A stretch of 64,000 nt of DNA from Octopus sinensis (GCF_006345805.1 NC_043006.1:96100001-96164000), one strand, 5' to 3'. Positions 26,661 through 40,660 are shown, counted from the first letter of the stretch. A program made the numbers and translations. Notes: generated from the sequence alone by a model not told the origin.

Positions 26661-27559
26661 AAGACAAACCATAAAATATAAAACATATTTAGTCTTAATC
26701 CAGAAGTAAATATTCCTAGATCAAATCCAGTCTGGAGCGGTGTATATAAACGGCAACAAAAAAAAAAGAAATATTTTCATAACTGGACCGGTTGATTGGA
26801 TCAATGGTATTGTGTCTACACCTTATAAATGGAATCCTGTCAACCGATAAAACCTCAAGTATAAAACGTGCAAATGTGGTCAGACCTCCAAGTCTAAAGT
26901 GTGCCATCAGACTGCGCAGGCAGACTCTCATTTTGAAACTCCTAAGATCAAACAGGTAGAAAAGCCTGCAGAGCAAAGTATCGTATACACACACTAGAGG
27001 GCGTGCCGATCCTTTTCGAGGTCTTCGGACACAAAGAAATTACCTTGATCATATTATAAAATCATGGATATTTAAGATCCTTAGTTGCATGAAAGGGACT
27101 TGGCTAAAGCGATTCTCAAAGAAGAGTCCTCATAGGAAATCTCATTGATTAAACAATAAATTATTAATGAACCAATACGCCACGTCACATCGCCTCCGTA
27201 CATACCTACATGAATATATTTCATCGTTTAACTTGTATCTTTTATTTATGTCAGACATTAGACTGTGGACATGCTGGAGCACCGCTCTGAGAAGTTTACT
27301 TGAGTATATTGATTCCCGTGCTTATGTTTTTAAGCTTGGTACTCATTCTATCGTTCTCTTTTGTCCGGCCACTATGTTACTGAAACGAAAACATATCAAC
27401 ACCGGTGTCAAGCGATGATGGGATATACAGATAAAGACAGGCAAACATATACGCATACATACATACATTTGCCTTTAGAAGTGGAAATATGTCAAAAAGT
27501 TCGTATACACACACACACTTCGCTAAAGTGATTCTCAATATATATGTATATATGAATAT

Positions 27560-29050
27560 ATATGAATATCCCCTTCAATCTAGCAAAAAGGATATGTACT
27601 ATAGTTACTTATGCAAACACCAGAGACACACGACTACATGAACTAAAAGATGCCCTCATCACCAGGAACTACCCACCTTCACTATTTGACATATGCATTC
27701 AAATTAAAGAAACATTTACGACCAAAAGCCTTACCATACATCTCCACACACAACCCTCTCAACAATGAAGCCTTCGACACCATCCTCCAAAACATACCCT
27801 TGCTACAAAAAGACCACAGAATGAACAAAATCCTCCAAACACACACGATCATAAAAAGCAAGAGACAGCCCAAATCCATGAAAAGTCTCCTAAGACAAGC
27901 CCGAATATGCTCATCAACACGGAAGCCGACAGTAAAAAAATGTGGAAGACCCAATTGCGGGATATGCGATTATCTAATTGAGGGATCAGAGTTCTCCTTC
28001 AAACAGGGACAACGGTTCACAGTGAAAAGCAATTTCACATGTGCTTCGGAGAACCTGATATACACACTAACCTGCTCTGGGTGTCAAGAGCAATACATAG
28101 GCCAAACAAAAAAATAGTTTACACAGATCCCAGATAAAAATTCCCCAAAACAGAAAAATAGCATTCAGCCAACACATAGATATTTGCGCCAACAACAAAA
28201 CTCCAAGCTTCCCCTTCTACCAAATCAAGGACGATACAACCTCGAGCCAACGAATAAATAAAGAAACTCTCTTTATTACAAAATACAGCCCCTTCTGAAC
28301 GCATCTACGACAAACGATACATCCACCTCAGCTTTAGAATATCACAAATACACACGCAAATATTACATTCCTAAGAATCCATTAAAAACCAGCCCCAATC
28401 ACATCTATAACCCACAACGTGCCAACTTTAAGTCATCCAACATCCCACTACTTTCACGCATTCATATTCTCCCTGCTTCTTCTTCTTCTTCTTCTTCTTC
28501 TTCTTCTTCTTCTTCTTCTTCTTCTTCTTCTTCTTCTTCTTCATCTTCTTCTTCTTCTTCATCTTCTTCTTCTTCTCCCCCTTCTCCTTCTTTTTCCTTC
28601 CTAACTTTATCACTAATGCTTTTTAGTATAACACCTACGCAAATTCTATAAACAAACCTTTCAATAGAAATATTTTCATGAATTAAACAGCAGGAACTTC
28701 TAGCTACCACTGACCAACGACAATCAAGGCAATCCCAAATTCTTCCTCCCCTTCACCCCTCCTCCTCCTCCTCCTTCTTCTTCTTCTTCTTCTTCTTCTT
28801 CTTCTTCTTCTTCTTCTTCTTCTTCTTCCCTACCAAGAATTCACAAGAGTAAACAAGAGAGACAGAGAAAGGCAGAAACAAAGGAAATGCCACTTATATT
28901 TGAACACAATACAAATATTCTTTTAAAAATACTTTTCTTTTAATTTTTCTAAATTTAATTTTTTAATTGTTACAGGTGAAAAGGTCTCAAATGACTGAAA
29001 CCGGTACTGAAATGTTCTTTATAAAATTATTTTAGCATTTTCTATCTTGA
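27560..29050 (+). mobile_element. Penelope-like element, 5'-truncated, GIY-YIG endonuclease region plus pLTR-like tail
   Basis: NIPFNLAKRICTIV; KCGRPNCGICDY; NFTCASENLIYTLTCSGCQEQYIGQT; R..KE..FI.KY.P.LN; degenerate hammerhead core near 28976-29009. Confidence 0.85.
28477..28575. repeat. (CTT)n microsatellite (a second CCT/CTT run at about 28760-28828)
   Basis: Directly visible; source of the poly-K/E/L ORFs. Confidence 0.95.
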
Positions 29051-29106
29051 CTTGTATTTTCATATATATATTTATATATATGTATGTATGTATGTATATG
29101 TTTATA

Positions 29107-30055
29107 TTGGATCATCCCATAAATAATGTGGGTTTTTATACTTCTTTTATGCCTCAAAATTAAGATAAAGTTTCTTTTTAACCTAAAATATACTCTCCTT
29201 CATTTTCTACAATGCTCTTCCATCTTATCTGGTAAATTTGTAAGGCCCCTCTTCCAAAATTCACTTGTCCGTGAAGAAAACTACTCCTCCAGTACTGTTC
29301 TGACCTCGTCTACAGAATTCATATTTTCTCCGTCCAAATGATTTTGATGACTGCGGAATAAATAATAATCAGATGGGGCAATATCCGGCGACTATGGTGG
29401 GTGGGGTATCTTTTACCTTTCAAACTACTCGAGCCTTTTGAATATCATCCTCGCTACGTGTCGTTGATCTTTTATCCTGATGGAAGAACACCTTTGGCCG
29501 CTGACTTAAACCGCTCAAGCTGTACGCTGTAGATCTCCTTTGTTATCGTTTGGTTTGGGTTTAAAAGTTCAAAGTGGATTAAACCTTTCATATCCCACGA
29601 AACAGATAACAATACCCTACGTGGGTGAAGACCTTCTTTAGCCTGGGGTGCCGGTGTTTCTTCCTTTCCTACCCACTGTCTTCGGCGCTTCACATATTTA
29701 TAGAGAAACCATTTCTCATCACCAGTCACCATTTGGTCCGAAAAAGGTTCATTCGTAAGACATGACAGTAAAGAAGAGCACACATTCACCCTCTGGGTGC
29801 GATGATGCTTGCAAATTTTGTGAGCAACCCATTGACCTGATTTGCTGACTTTTCCGATGGCACGCAGGTGTCGATGAATGGTCGAATGACCAGATCCGAG
29901 TTCCTCTGCTAGTTACTCAACAATCACGATCGGATGTGAAATGCTGCAGGATTTAGAAAGAATAATGACGATGTTCCGGTCAAATAATAATAATAATGGA
30001 AAATAATGCTTATTTTTATATATTTCAACCGTAATTATTTTTTGGAATGCTATCA
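29107..30055 (-). mobile_element. Mariner (DD34D) relic
   Basis: VTGDEKWFLY, LHPRRVLLSVSWDMKGLIHFELL, SPDIAPSDYYLF; TIR TTGGATCATCCCATAAATAATG after TA, eroded partner near 30028-30055. Confidence 0.9.
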
Positions 30056-30752
30056 CTTTCTATTTTATTTTTTTTGCGCATACTTTGATCAGATCTTCCC
30101 TGCGGCACAATTAACACTTCTAGATTATATATCCGATAATATAAGCCAGTTTCAATAATATTTTAGGAAGTGATTTCATTTGTGCCGTAATCCATTCACT
30201 ATTTTTGTAGTTCCCGTCATTCCTTGTTGCCCCAAGCACTGACTTATGTTTTCTTAATGGTTAATCCCACGCTGACTACGTCTTTACACGATATCCACTA
30301 CATCAACACTACAACCACTTTTGCTCCACAAAATCAATCTGTGTGTGTGTGACGTGGTGGTTTTTCTGGAGGCAAAGGAGCAGAATTTGCCGGAAAAACC
30401 ATTAAAGAAATATTCTATTTTACCCTCAAATTGTTTTGTTTGAACCCATTTACGAAGCGAAACTTTATTAATGTAATCCTACTTATATTTGTGTGTGTGT
30501 GTGTGTGCGTGTGTGTGTGTCTGTGTGTCTGTGTGTGTGTCTGTGTATGTGTGTGTGGGGGTATTGGGTGTGGGGTGTGGATGCTCGCAAGAAAACAGAA
30601 TACAAATTATTTTGAAGCAACGAAAGTAATTCCTTGAAGACTCTGACTTTTGACGATTGCGCCTATTAGAAACTATATTACGACCAAAAAGTCATTGAAC
30701 ATCTTATTTTATGGGCTTAATGTTAAAGAGCACGCGAAAGTGCATAATCTCT

Positions 30753-30789
<37 letters not shown>

Positions 30790-30794
<5 letters not shown>

Positions 30795-30798
30795 GTAT

Positions 30799-30829
<31 letters not shown>

Positions 30830-32700
30830 CATGTGTCTGGGCGTGTGTGCGTATACTCATATATGTATATATATGTATGTATGTTTGTATATGTGTATAT
30901 ATGGATATATATGTGTATATATATTGTATATATATGTATGTGTATACATATATTTGTATATATATATGTATGTATGTATGTATGTTTGTATGTATATATA
31001 TGTATGTATGTATGTATGTCTGTTTGTTATGTGTAAATATATAGATATAAATGTGTATATATATATTATGTATGTGTGTATACGTATATATGTATTTATA
31101 TATATATATGCATGTATGTTTTTATATGTAGATGTATGGATATATATGTTATATATGTGTATGTGTGTATACATATATATGTATTTCTAATATTTCTATA
31201 TATTTATGTATCTTTGTATATGTAGATATATGGATTTATGTGAATATCTATTTCTGTATGTAGGTATGTATGTTCGTATATGTAGATAGATATATGGAGA
31301 TATATGTATATATCTGTGTATATATAGATATGTGTGGTGTTTGTGTGTTGGTACATAGGTATGTCTGTATGTATGTGCACATACACACCGATAGATGCGC
31401 GTACGCGCTCAAATTTTTGCATAAATCTTATTCCAGTCTAATTCCCTGTATTGAATAATTTGGTCCGCTTAATTGCACACACCCATCTAAATACTATTGA
31501 CTTGTGTGTTTATATATTATATATACATATAGTGTGTGTGTGTGGTGTATGTGTATTTTATATGTGTGCGCGCGTGTGTGTGTGTATAAATATATAGATA
31601 TAGGTAGATCGGTAGATAGAACATACATATAGATACTCTGTACGTTTGTGCGCGTGTGTGTATGTGTATATTTATATGTATGTATATAAACATATAGATA
31701 GATAGATACATACATACATACATACATACATATAATATATATATATATGTATAAGTGTGTGTGTGTTTGTGTGTGTGTGTGTGCATGTGTCTGGGCGTGT
31801 GTGCGTATACTCATATATGTATATATATGTGTATATATATTGTATATATATGTATGTGTATACATATATTTGTATATATATATGTATGTATGTATGTATG
31901 TTTGTATGTATATATATGTATGTATGTATGTTATGTATGTTTGTATGTGTAAATATATAGATATAAATGTGTATATATATATGTATGTATGTGTGTATAC
32001 GTATATATGTATTTATATATATATATGCATGTATGTTTTTATATGTAGATGTATGGATATATATGTTTATATATGTGTATGTGTGTATACATATATATGT
32101 ATTTCTATATATTTCTATATATTTATGTATCTTTGTATATGTAGATATATGGATTTTTATGTGAATATATATGTATGTATGTAGGTATGTATGTTCGTAT
32201 ATGTAGATAGATATATGGAGATATATGTATATATATATGTGTATATATAGATATGTGTGTGTGTGTGTTGGTACATAGGTATGTCTGTATGTATGTGCAC
32301 ATACACACACCGATAGATGCGCGTACGCGCTCAAATTTTTGCATAAATCTTATTCCAGTCTAATTCCCCTTATTGAATAATTTGGTCCGCTTAATTGCAC
32401 ACACCCATCTAAATACTATTAACTCGTGTGTTTATATATATATATATACATATAGGTGTGTGTGTGTGTGTGTATGTATTTATATTTGTGTGCGCGCGTG
32501 TGTGTGTGTATAAATATATAGATATAGGTAGATCGGTAGATAGAAACATACATATAGATACTCTGTACGTTTGTGCGCGTGTGTGTATGTGTATATTTAT
32601 ATGTATGTATATAAACATATAGATAGATAGATAGATAGATAGATACATACATACATACATACATATAAATATATATATATATATGTATATATGTGCGTGT
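30790..32700 (+). repeat. Tandem duplication of an about 950 bp microsatellite-rich unit
   Basis: Unique core ACACCGATAGATGCGCGTACGCGCTCAAATTTTTGC...CCCATCTAAATACTATT at about 31385-31498 and 32308-32420, with matching flanks. Confidence 0.85.
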
Positions 32701-32952
32701 ATATATGTGCGTGTGCGTTTGTGTGTAAGCCTATCGTTCAAAATATTTATTTTGTTTTCAATCAAACTGTATTAACTCGAAAGAACACACAAGACAATTT
32801 CGAGTACGAGAACGTTTTAAATATAGAACGCTAACCCTCAAATATCATCGGCTGACCTGATTCGCTATTCTTTGCTTTAAAAACAAGTATATGTGTACGG
32901 GTGTGATTGTGCGTGTGTGTGTATGTGTTTGTGTGAATGTGTCTTTGAATGT

Positions 32953-33001
<49 letters not shown>

Positions 33002-33104
33002 TGTATATACACACACACACACATGCGTATTATATACATATACATGTATACGGTTAGAAAGAGGAAGAGAGAAAAACGCTCATGTACATATTAATATACG
33101 ATCA

Positions 33105-33139
<35 letters not shown>

Positions 33140-33899
33140 GTATATATGTATATATGTATATATGTCTATATATATATATATAATATGTATGTATATATAT
33201 AATTATGTTTATACATACACATATATATGCATATTTTTTGTGTCTGGGGCGTGTCATTCTATTTTGATACCTTATCAATTAACACACACACCGGTTCGAT
33301 TTCCACTCATTTACTTATTTATTTTTTCGTTGCTTCTTGCAGCCTCTTCAATAGTCGTTGACTCTGTCCGTTATCGGTGCTGCGTTCCTTTTGTTTGGTT
33401 GTTTGTGCGCATGTGTACGTCAGCGTGCATTTGTATTCACATACGTATGCCTGCATGCGTGTGTGTATGCATGTATATATACATGTATATATGCATGTAT
33501 ATATACAGAAGGGCAATTTTGTGTTATTTGTCCTGTACTCTATTTTTTCGTTGTTTAAGTAAAATGTCCAGTTCCTTGGTTTTGTGTTTATGCTTTCGTT
33601 TCTCATTGTGTTCGACGTTTTTTTTTTGGGTGTCCTGTACCCATATATGCATGTATATATACATGTAGAGGTAGGTACGTACATATATGTATGTATATAT
33701 GCATATGTTTTATTTATTAATTTATTATATATATATATACTTATATATACATACATATATATGTGTGTGTTTGTGTGTTTGTGTGTGTGTGCTCTCGTCT
33801 GTTCGTATTACTTATCTATCTACTTATGTATCTGTTTACTTACATATCCTTTAACCTATTTATATATATATATATATTATATATATATATATATATATA

Positions 33900-34678
33900 T
33901 CTTATTATAAAAGGCAGATTTTATCTGCCTCCCTTTGTCTCTTATAGAAATCTACAATATAGGATTTCTTCAATTACAATTTACCTAGCAGTTTTAAGAG
34001 TAGAATACATCGGGTCGTGCCAGGTTCAGTTTTTCAAATTTCAACCCCAATTAAGCAAAATTTCGAGAAAACTCACATTGTGGTGTGTAAGTCAAGTGCT
34101 TTTCTTAGTGTGGGCTACAGCACACACACACGCACACACACACAAACGGAGCGAACTGTTTCACTGATGCTATCACGCTAATTTCTCCTCCTTTCTCTTT
34201 GCAAGTGTGCAACGATTAAAATGAAAGTATTTATATAAAACGAGAGAAGTGTACCTTAAACCACTCCTCAAAAAAAAACAACACAGCAAACAGAAACAAA
34301 TAAATACATAACGATTTACTAAAAACACAATTTCTTCAATTAGAGTTTACCTATGATTTTTCAAAGTACTTCCATTCGGTCATGCCATACAAAATTTCTT
34401 TCAATTTCACCCCCATTTCAGAAAAAATTCGAGAAAACTAAATATTTTACCATTTCACTCTGCATATTACTCCCACTTCCTCTTTACACACATAGACACG
34501 CAAATATTATAAATAAAATTGTAAGCTAACGTTGGGTGTTGTGTGTGTGTGTGTGCGTGTGTGTGAGTGTGTGTGTGTGTGTGTGAGGGTGCGTGTGTGT
34601 GTGCTCGTGTGGTGTGTGCGTGTTGTGTGTGAGGTGTGACAGGGATAAGCAAGTCAAACTGGTCATCCTTTTTGCTAG
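33900..34678 (+). mobile_element. Possible non-autonomous Helitron of a second family
   Basis: TCTTATTATAAAAGGCAG start, internal diverged duplication and microsatellites, hairpin-like GGAT..ATCC then CTAG; the base after CTAG is A, not T. Confidence 0.35.
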
Positions 34679-34992
34679 ATCACCTAACATCTAAGTTATC
34701 TCTAAGTAGCAGTCGCCCAAAAGTGTATATAGACACACACATGTATGTATAATGTGTGTATATATTTCCATAGAGGTAACCATTCACTCCATACAAAGTT
34801 ATTTAGGACGAATTGGACGAATATAAGATCTAAAGTATATCCAAGTAGCAGAAAGATCGCCCAAAAGTGTATATAGATATTTAAATGTATTTATATATTC
34901 ATCTATACACACATGTATGTATAATGTGTGTGTATATATTTCCATAGAGGTAACCATTCACTCCGCACAAAGTTTTTTAGGACGGACGAAAA

Positions 34993-35838
34993 TCTTTATA
35001 TATAAAAGAAAGGTTGTGTGTCTGTCTACTCCGATTTAGATTCCTAACTACTCCCACATTTTGCGATGCAGTTTAACCAAAACCGAGTATCTTATAGTCG
35101 TGATTCATATCGAGCCCTTCTGGGTATTAGCGCGCGTCTACGATGAGTCTACGATTTTACAAATAATTTACCACCATTTTCTCCCATTTTAATGCATATT
35201 TTTTTTAATAAAGAGAAGTAACTCTCAAACTTCACACCAATATGCGTGTGCTCATATGCGACGTAATATCACATCAGCAGCATTTCTTCACACCCTCCTT
35301 GCACTGGGCGAAGGCAAAATACCAGGGGATGAAAATGGTAATATTGCCATCGATTCCATTTGTACCATGTTAAGACGCCTTCTGATCTCAGAGATGCAGT
35401 GTTCCAAGATCTACAAGCTAATTATCAGAATATGGATTGGATTGGCCAAAAGGCTATACTGGCCCCGAGGAATAAACTGTTCACCATATTAATGATGAAA
35501 TGCTAAAACTCATTCCTGGGGAAGTCTATGTATATCAGTCTATCAATACAACTCCTGACCCACAGGACGTCATCAACTATCCAATAGAGGTACTCAATTC
35601 CTTTGAGCACCCCGGACTAACACCACACATTCTCAAACTTAAATCGGTGCCCCTATAATGCTCATCAGAAATTTGGTTCCCCCAAAACAATGCAATGGCA
35701 CACGTTTGATCGTTAAGTCCTTATCTCCCAGCGTAAACTTATATCAATATTTGCCTGAATAATCATCATAATTCAGTGCAATCATTAACAGTACTTTCAA
35801 GCAATTCAGCCCCGAGCAACGCCGGGCAATTCTGCTAG
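34993..35838 (+). mobile_element. Internally deleted Helitron retaining a helicase fragment
   Basis: A|TC start, CCCGAGCAACGCCGGG hairpin, CTAG|T end; same 5' 200 bp as 5760-6160. Confidence 0.92.
35256..35729 (+). pseudogene. Helitron RepHel PIF1-like helicase fragment (frameshifted)
   Basis: LLALGEGKIPGDENG, KAILAPRN, NYPIEVLNSFEHPGLTPHILKLK, GAPIMLIRNLVPPKQCNGTRLIVKSL are typical Helitron helicase motifs. Confidence 0.9.
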
Positions 35839-36473
35839 TATATATATAAATATATATATATGTCTACATAACAACCTACTAATAAGTCTACCTGTCTATG
35901 TATAAACTGTGGGTTTGGGGTATCATTACCTTCTACGAATGTCTTCTATTTAGTACTGGGTTTGTGTGACTATGTACGTGCGTCTGTTATGTATGAATGT
36001 GTGTCTCTATGTGTTCTTGTGTGTGTGTGGGAAGTGTGCGTGTGTGTATATGGTCATGTGTTTCAGTTTTCTTTTGTGTATGTGTGTATGTGTGTGTATG
36101 TGCGTATGTGTGTGTATGCTTGTCTGTCTGTATTACCTATGCACCTTTCCATCTACCTATCTATATCTGTTTAATATACATATCTATTTACCTGCTTACG
36201 GATGTCAAGTCAAAATTTGTCTAGTTGGTAGAGCATAGAAGACTATTTCTGTCGTCATTTTGTCTCAAACGTCAACTAGTCTCTCTGCAATGCTTCTACA
36301 TGTCTCGCCAATATATGTCATGTTCTTCTCTTGACAAGCACCTCAACGCACCTTATGTTGTAGACTACATTTCTAGTTCTACAGTAAATGCCAGGGTTAA
36401 TCATACCCGCCATGCAGTTCTCATTGCTGCAGAATACATGCATACAAATGTACACACACACACATATAAATAC

Positions 36474-36521
<48 letters not shown>

Positions 36522-36806
36522 GTGTATACACATGCACATTGACGCACACACATGCGCACAAACATACAAACAAAATGAACGCAACTCCGATAACGGACAG
36601 ATTCAACGACTATTGCAAAACGCAACGAAAATTATAGAAAAAATAAATAAGCAAGCGAGTGGAAATCGAACCGGTGAGTGTGTTACTTAATAAGGAATTA
36701 AAACAGAATGATTCTCCCCGGACACAATAAAATATGCTTCAACTCACGAATTCATATAAATTATCTTACAAACTAAATACATAAACGAAATATAAATATA
36801 TATACA

Positions 36807-37908
36807 CAGGATGCGTAAGGTACTTGAGGACATACCATTTTTGGGTGTTTGTTGCATTTTTTGCTAACTCTGTATAATCTTTGTTTCAGATGATAATGGC
36901 AGACACTCAGCTTGTCCAAGAAATGAAGCGGCGTGTTGTTATTGTGGTTATAAAGGCTGAGTATAGTGATTTAGAAATATCTTGATTTGAAAATTTGCCA
37001 GATCTTCTGTCTACAAGTTTGTAAGGAGTTAGAGACTGAAGATGAAAACGTATCACCAGTATCAAAGCAGGAAAAGCATTCTAATCGCTCTGAAAGCATC
37101 AGGAAACCTGAATTTATCCAATAATTTCAACAGACCATTGATTACAATCCCAGAAAGTCCATGAAGTCAATTGCAAAAGATCTCCAGAAAGCAGAGTCAG
37201 AAATGTTTTCCACGAAGACATCAGATATAAGTTTCATATGATGAGGAAAGGTCAATTTGTCAGAAAAAGCAAGAGAAAATCATTACGTCAGATCCAAAAG
37301 GCTCTTAAACAGACTGAAAATTCCAACAGAAGACGATTTGATTTGGTGTTTCTCAAAGAGAAAAACTTCGGTCAAGCTCAAAAAGTTAACAGAAGAAATG
37401 ACAGACGGTTATGTGCAGACCCTTCTGAAGTCCCAAGTGCCATACATACAAAACTTCCTAAAATGTCATGCTTTTAGGAGTTCTTTCTTAGAGTTAACTC
37501 TGCCGCCTTCACTGAGGTCCTGGAAATAATTGTGGATAGCTGATAATTTTTATGATCACATAACCCCTAATATTTGGCCTCCTAATTCCCCAGATCTCAT
37601 TCCATTGGACTATTGCATGTGGAGCGATGTCGAGAGAGAAGTCAATGAACAGGACCATAACACCAATGATTCTATGAAAGCTGCCATTGTCAGGGTAATG
37701 TCCAAAATGAACCAAGACAACTTGATTCAAGCATGGAGATGTCATATAGAAGCAGTTGTTGAAACTGAAGGTGGCTTTATTGAATAACATTATTGAAAAG
37801 GTTTATTTTTATCCTCATAGAACTTTTTGAGAAAAAAAGTTATTATCTGTAATTGTATATCTGTTTATTTATAAAAATAAATCTGTCCTCAAATATCTTA
37901 TGCACCAT
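36807..37908 (+). mobile_element. Tc1/mariner relic, maT/DD37D-like, internally deleted
   Basis: EKNFGQAQKVNRRNDR and WPPNSPDLIPLDYCMWS; TIRs ..GCGTAAGGTACTTGAGGACA and TGTCCTCAAATATCTTATGCAC, flanked by TA; second catalytic D deleted, so the family is assigned by motif only. Confidence 0.8.
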
Positions 37909-37930
37909 ATATATATATTATTATATATAA

Positions 37931-38087
37931 GAGCAAGAGTGGCTGTGTGGTAAGAAGCTTGTTTCCCAACCACATGGTTATGGGTTCAGTCTCACTGCGT
38001 GGAAACTTGGGTGTCTTCTACTATAGTCTCGGGCCGACAAAACCCTTGTAAGTGGATTTGGTAGACGGAAACTGAAAGAAGCCCGTC

Positions 38088-38123
<36 letters not shown>

Positions 38124-38324
38124 GTGCGTGTCTCTTTGTCCCCCACCATCGCTTGACAACTGATGTTGATGTGCTTACGTCCACGAAACATAGGGGTTCG
38201 GCAAAAGAAACGGATAGAATAATTACTAGCCTTACCAAAAGAATAAGTCCTGAGGTCGGTTTGTTTGACTAAAGGCGGTGCTCCAGCATGGCCACAATCA
38301 TATGACTGAAACAAGTAAAAGAAT
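37931..38324 (+). mobile_element. SINE A
   Basis: Head, core and tail as the other copies. Confidence 0.9.
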
Positions 38325-38338
38325 ACACTCATACATGC

Positions 38339-38369
<31 letters not shown>

Positions 38370-38464
38370 TTATTTATATATACTAATATAGGATGAAGCT
38401 TTTTTACAGAAAAAAATTTCATCAAAAAGTGGCAGCATATTAAAATAATTTTAAAGGTTAAAAT

Positions 38465-38696
38465 TATAAGCAACTTATAAGCAAGGGCTAAAGAAAATTA
38501 TTTCAATGCCAATATGCTGATAACAGACTTTTAAATCGTCAATTTCCACATATTATTTACTCGCTACCTCGATTTCAGCTCTACGTGTTTTCTGTAGCGA
38601 GTAAATAATATGTGGAAATTGACGATTTAAAAGTCTTTTATCAGCATATTGGCATAGAAATAATTTTCTTTAGCCCTAACTTATACGTTGCTTATA
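38465..38696. repeat. Near-perfect foldback (about 103 bp arms, 26 nt spacer)
   Basis: AGGGCTAAAGAAAATTATTTC...TTATTTACTCGCTAC and GTAGCGAGTAAATAA...GAAATAATTTTCTTTAGCCCT. Confidence 0.92.
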
Positions 38697-38860
38697 TATA
38701 TATATATATTATATATATATATATATAATATATATATATACATATACACATATATGTACAAATATTTTCATATATATACACATATTATTCAACTACATAG
38801 TATATAGATTTGTAAAACTATATATATATACATATATATATATTGTATATACATACACAA

Positions 38861-38905
<45 letters not shown>

Positions 38906-39489
38906 CATACAAAAGTATATACATACATATATATATATACATACATATATATCTATACATATATACATACATACATAAATATATATACATATATATAGAG
39001 AGAGAGATAGGGCGAGAGGCAGGGAGGGAGGGAGAGAGATGGTGAAAGGAAGAGAGAGGAATATATTTCTAGATCATTCTTGCTGTGTATGTTTATGTGT
39101 GCGAGTTTGTTTTAATTTATGTCTATGCATGCGTTTTTCCTGAATGCCAGTATCGTCCAAAGTAGATCTAAACACGAAATACTCCTGATTCCCTCCACTA
39201 ATTGAATAATGTACCGAATGTTCGTTAATGCAAATGAATGCAAATGTCTCTACGCCGAGATTAGCGCCGCTAAAAACTCACTAGATTGTAAATAATGTTA
39301 ATTGCCGTCCGCATAGACACGTTTCTCATTATTTTCGTAAGGTATTAAAATCGGTTTGTTGGCTGAAACGGTAGCAAAACGGGGAAAAGGCTCAGAGGTA
39401 TCTATTCTGGAACATTACTTTGGAGATTTATCTATCATCGAGGTCACACTTTGCTGGTCATTCATTCAGGACCAATAAATTAAAGTACC

Positions 39490-39720
39490 TATTTCTTTAC
39501 AACCCACAAGGGGCTAAACACAGAGAGGACAAACAAGGACAGACAAACGGATTAAGTCGATTACATGGTCCCCAGTGCGTAACTGGTACTTATTTAATCG
39601 ACCCCGAAAGGATGAAAGGCAAAGTCGACCTCGGCAGAATTTGAACTCAGAACGTAATGGCAGACAAAATACGGCTATGCATTTCGCCCGGTGTGCTAAC
39701 GTTTCTGCCAGCTCGCCGCC
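39490..39720 (-). mobile_element. Full SINE B (tail 1) with 16 bp TSD, inserted into an older plus-strand SINE B core
   Basis: AATAAATTAAAGTACC at 39474-39489 and 39723-39738. Confidence 0.9.
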
Positions 39721-40429
39721 TTAATAAATTAAAGTACCGTGAAGGACTGGGGTCGATGATATTGCTGGCCTTTAGCCCATATTTTTCGTAGGATATAATA
39801 TGCAACATTTCAAAAGAAATATAATTCGCTGATGTAAAATAAAATATAACTTCGATGACGGTATTGCATGGGAGATTCCCTGACTTAGGGAGAATTATTG
39901 ATAATCTGTTTAGGATTAGCAACAAATACACCATCGTAATATTCTATTGATAGTTTACTTACTTAGAAGAGCTTAGTAGAAAACGTCTGATAGAAGACCC
40001 GAACTTAATTATTCACTCTTTTACTCATTTTCCTTTGAAATTGGTTGCTGCAGCTTTCCATCTAGATTGGTGCGCTCTTTCCTGCAGAAGAGAGGTCTGG
40101 AACCCAGAAAAACTGAATGGAATTATCAAGGAACTATGTACGGGAGGTGAAATTAGCTTTAGATAGCTTTGGTTGGTAACAGACCGCATGTAGAACACTA
40201 CCGTAAGTGAAGGCTAGTTCAGTCCTCGCCAACCAACTCTGGTGAAGCGTACAGGCAAAAGATTCCTGCCGACTATACGAAGGAGCTTCCAACATTGCAA
40301 TGGATTTAGAAGAGCTTGGAAAAGCTCTGAGTTGCTCTTGCAGTCTCTACATGGGGCAAAGTATCTCTGATGTTTATTCCACCAATCTAGTATTCTACCG
40401 ACACCTATAGCCTTTCTAATGAAGATTAA

Positions 40430-40660
40430 CACAAGCAGGTCATATACTCCGATACCCAGAACGATGCCATTCTAAAATAGATCTTAAATTGGCACAGCTA
40501 GAGGGGAAAGGAAAAAGTGGAGGACTGTAAAGTACATGGTTTAGAACAATGGTTACTGACATGAAAGAGGCGAATATTACATGACAGGGTACACAGAAAA
40601 CCTTAGCGAATAGAAACCAATGGCACCAACTTTCTGCTGAATGTGCTCGAAAGCAGAGAA
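40430..40660 (+). mobile_element. RTE-clade LINE 3' fragment
   Basis: GHILRYPE...EGKGK..G..STWFRTMVTDMKEANIT..ANRNQWHQLSAECAR resembles the RTE ORF C-terminus. Confidence 0.6.
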
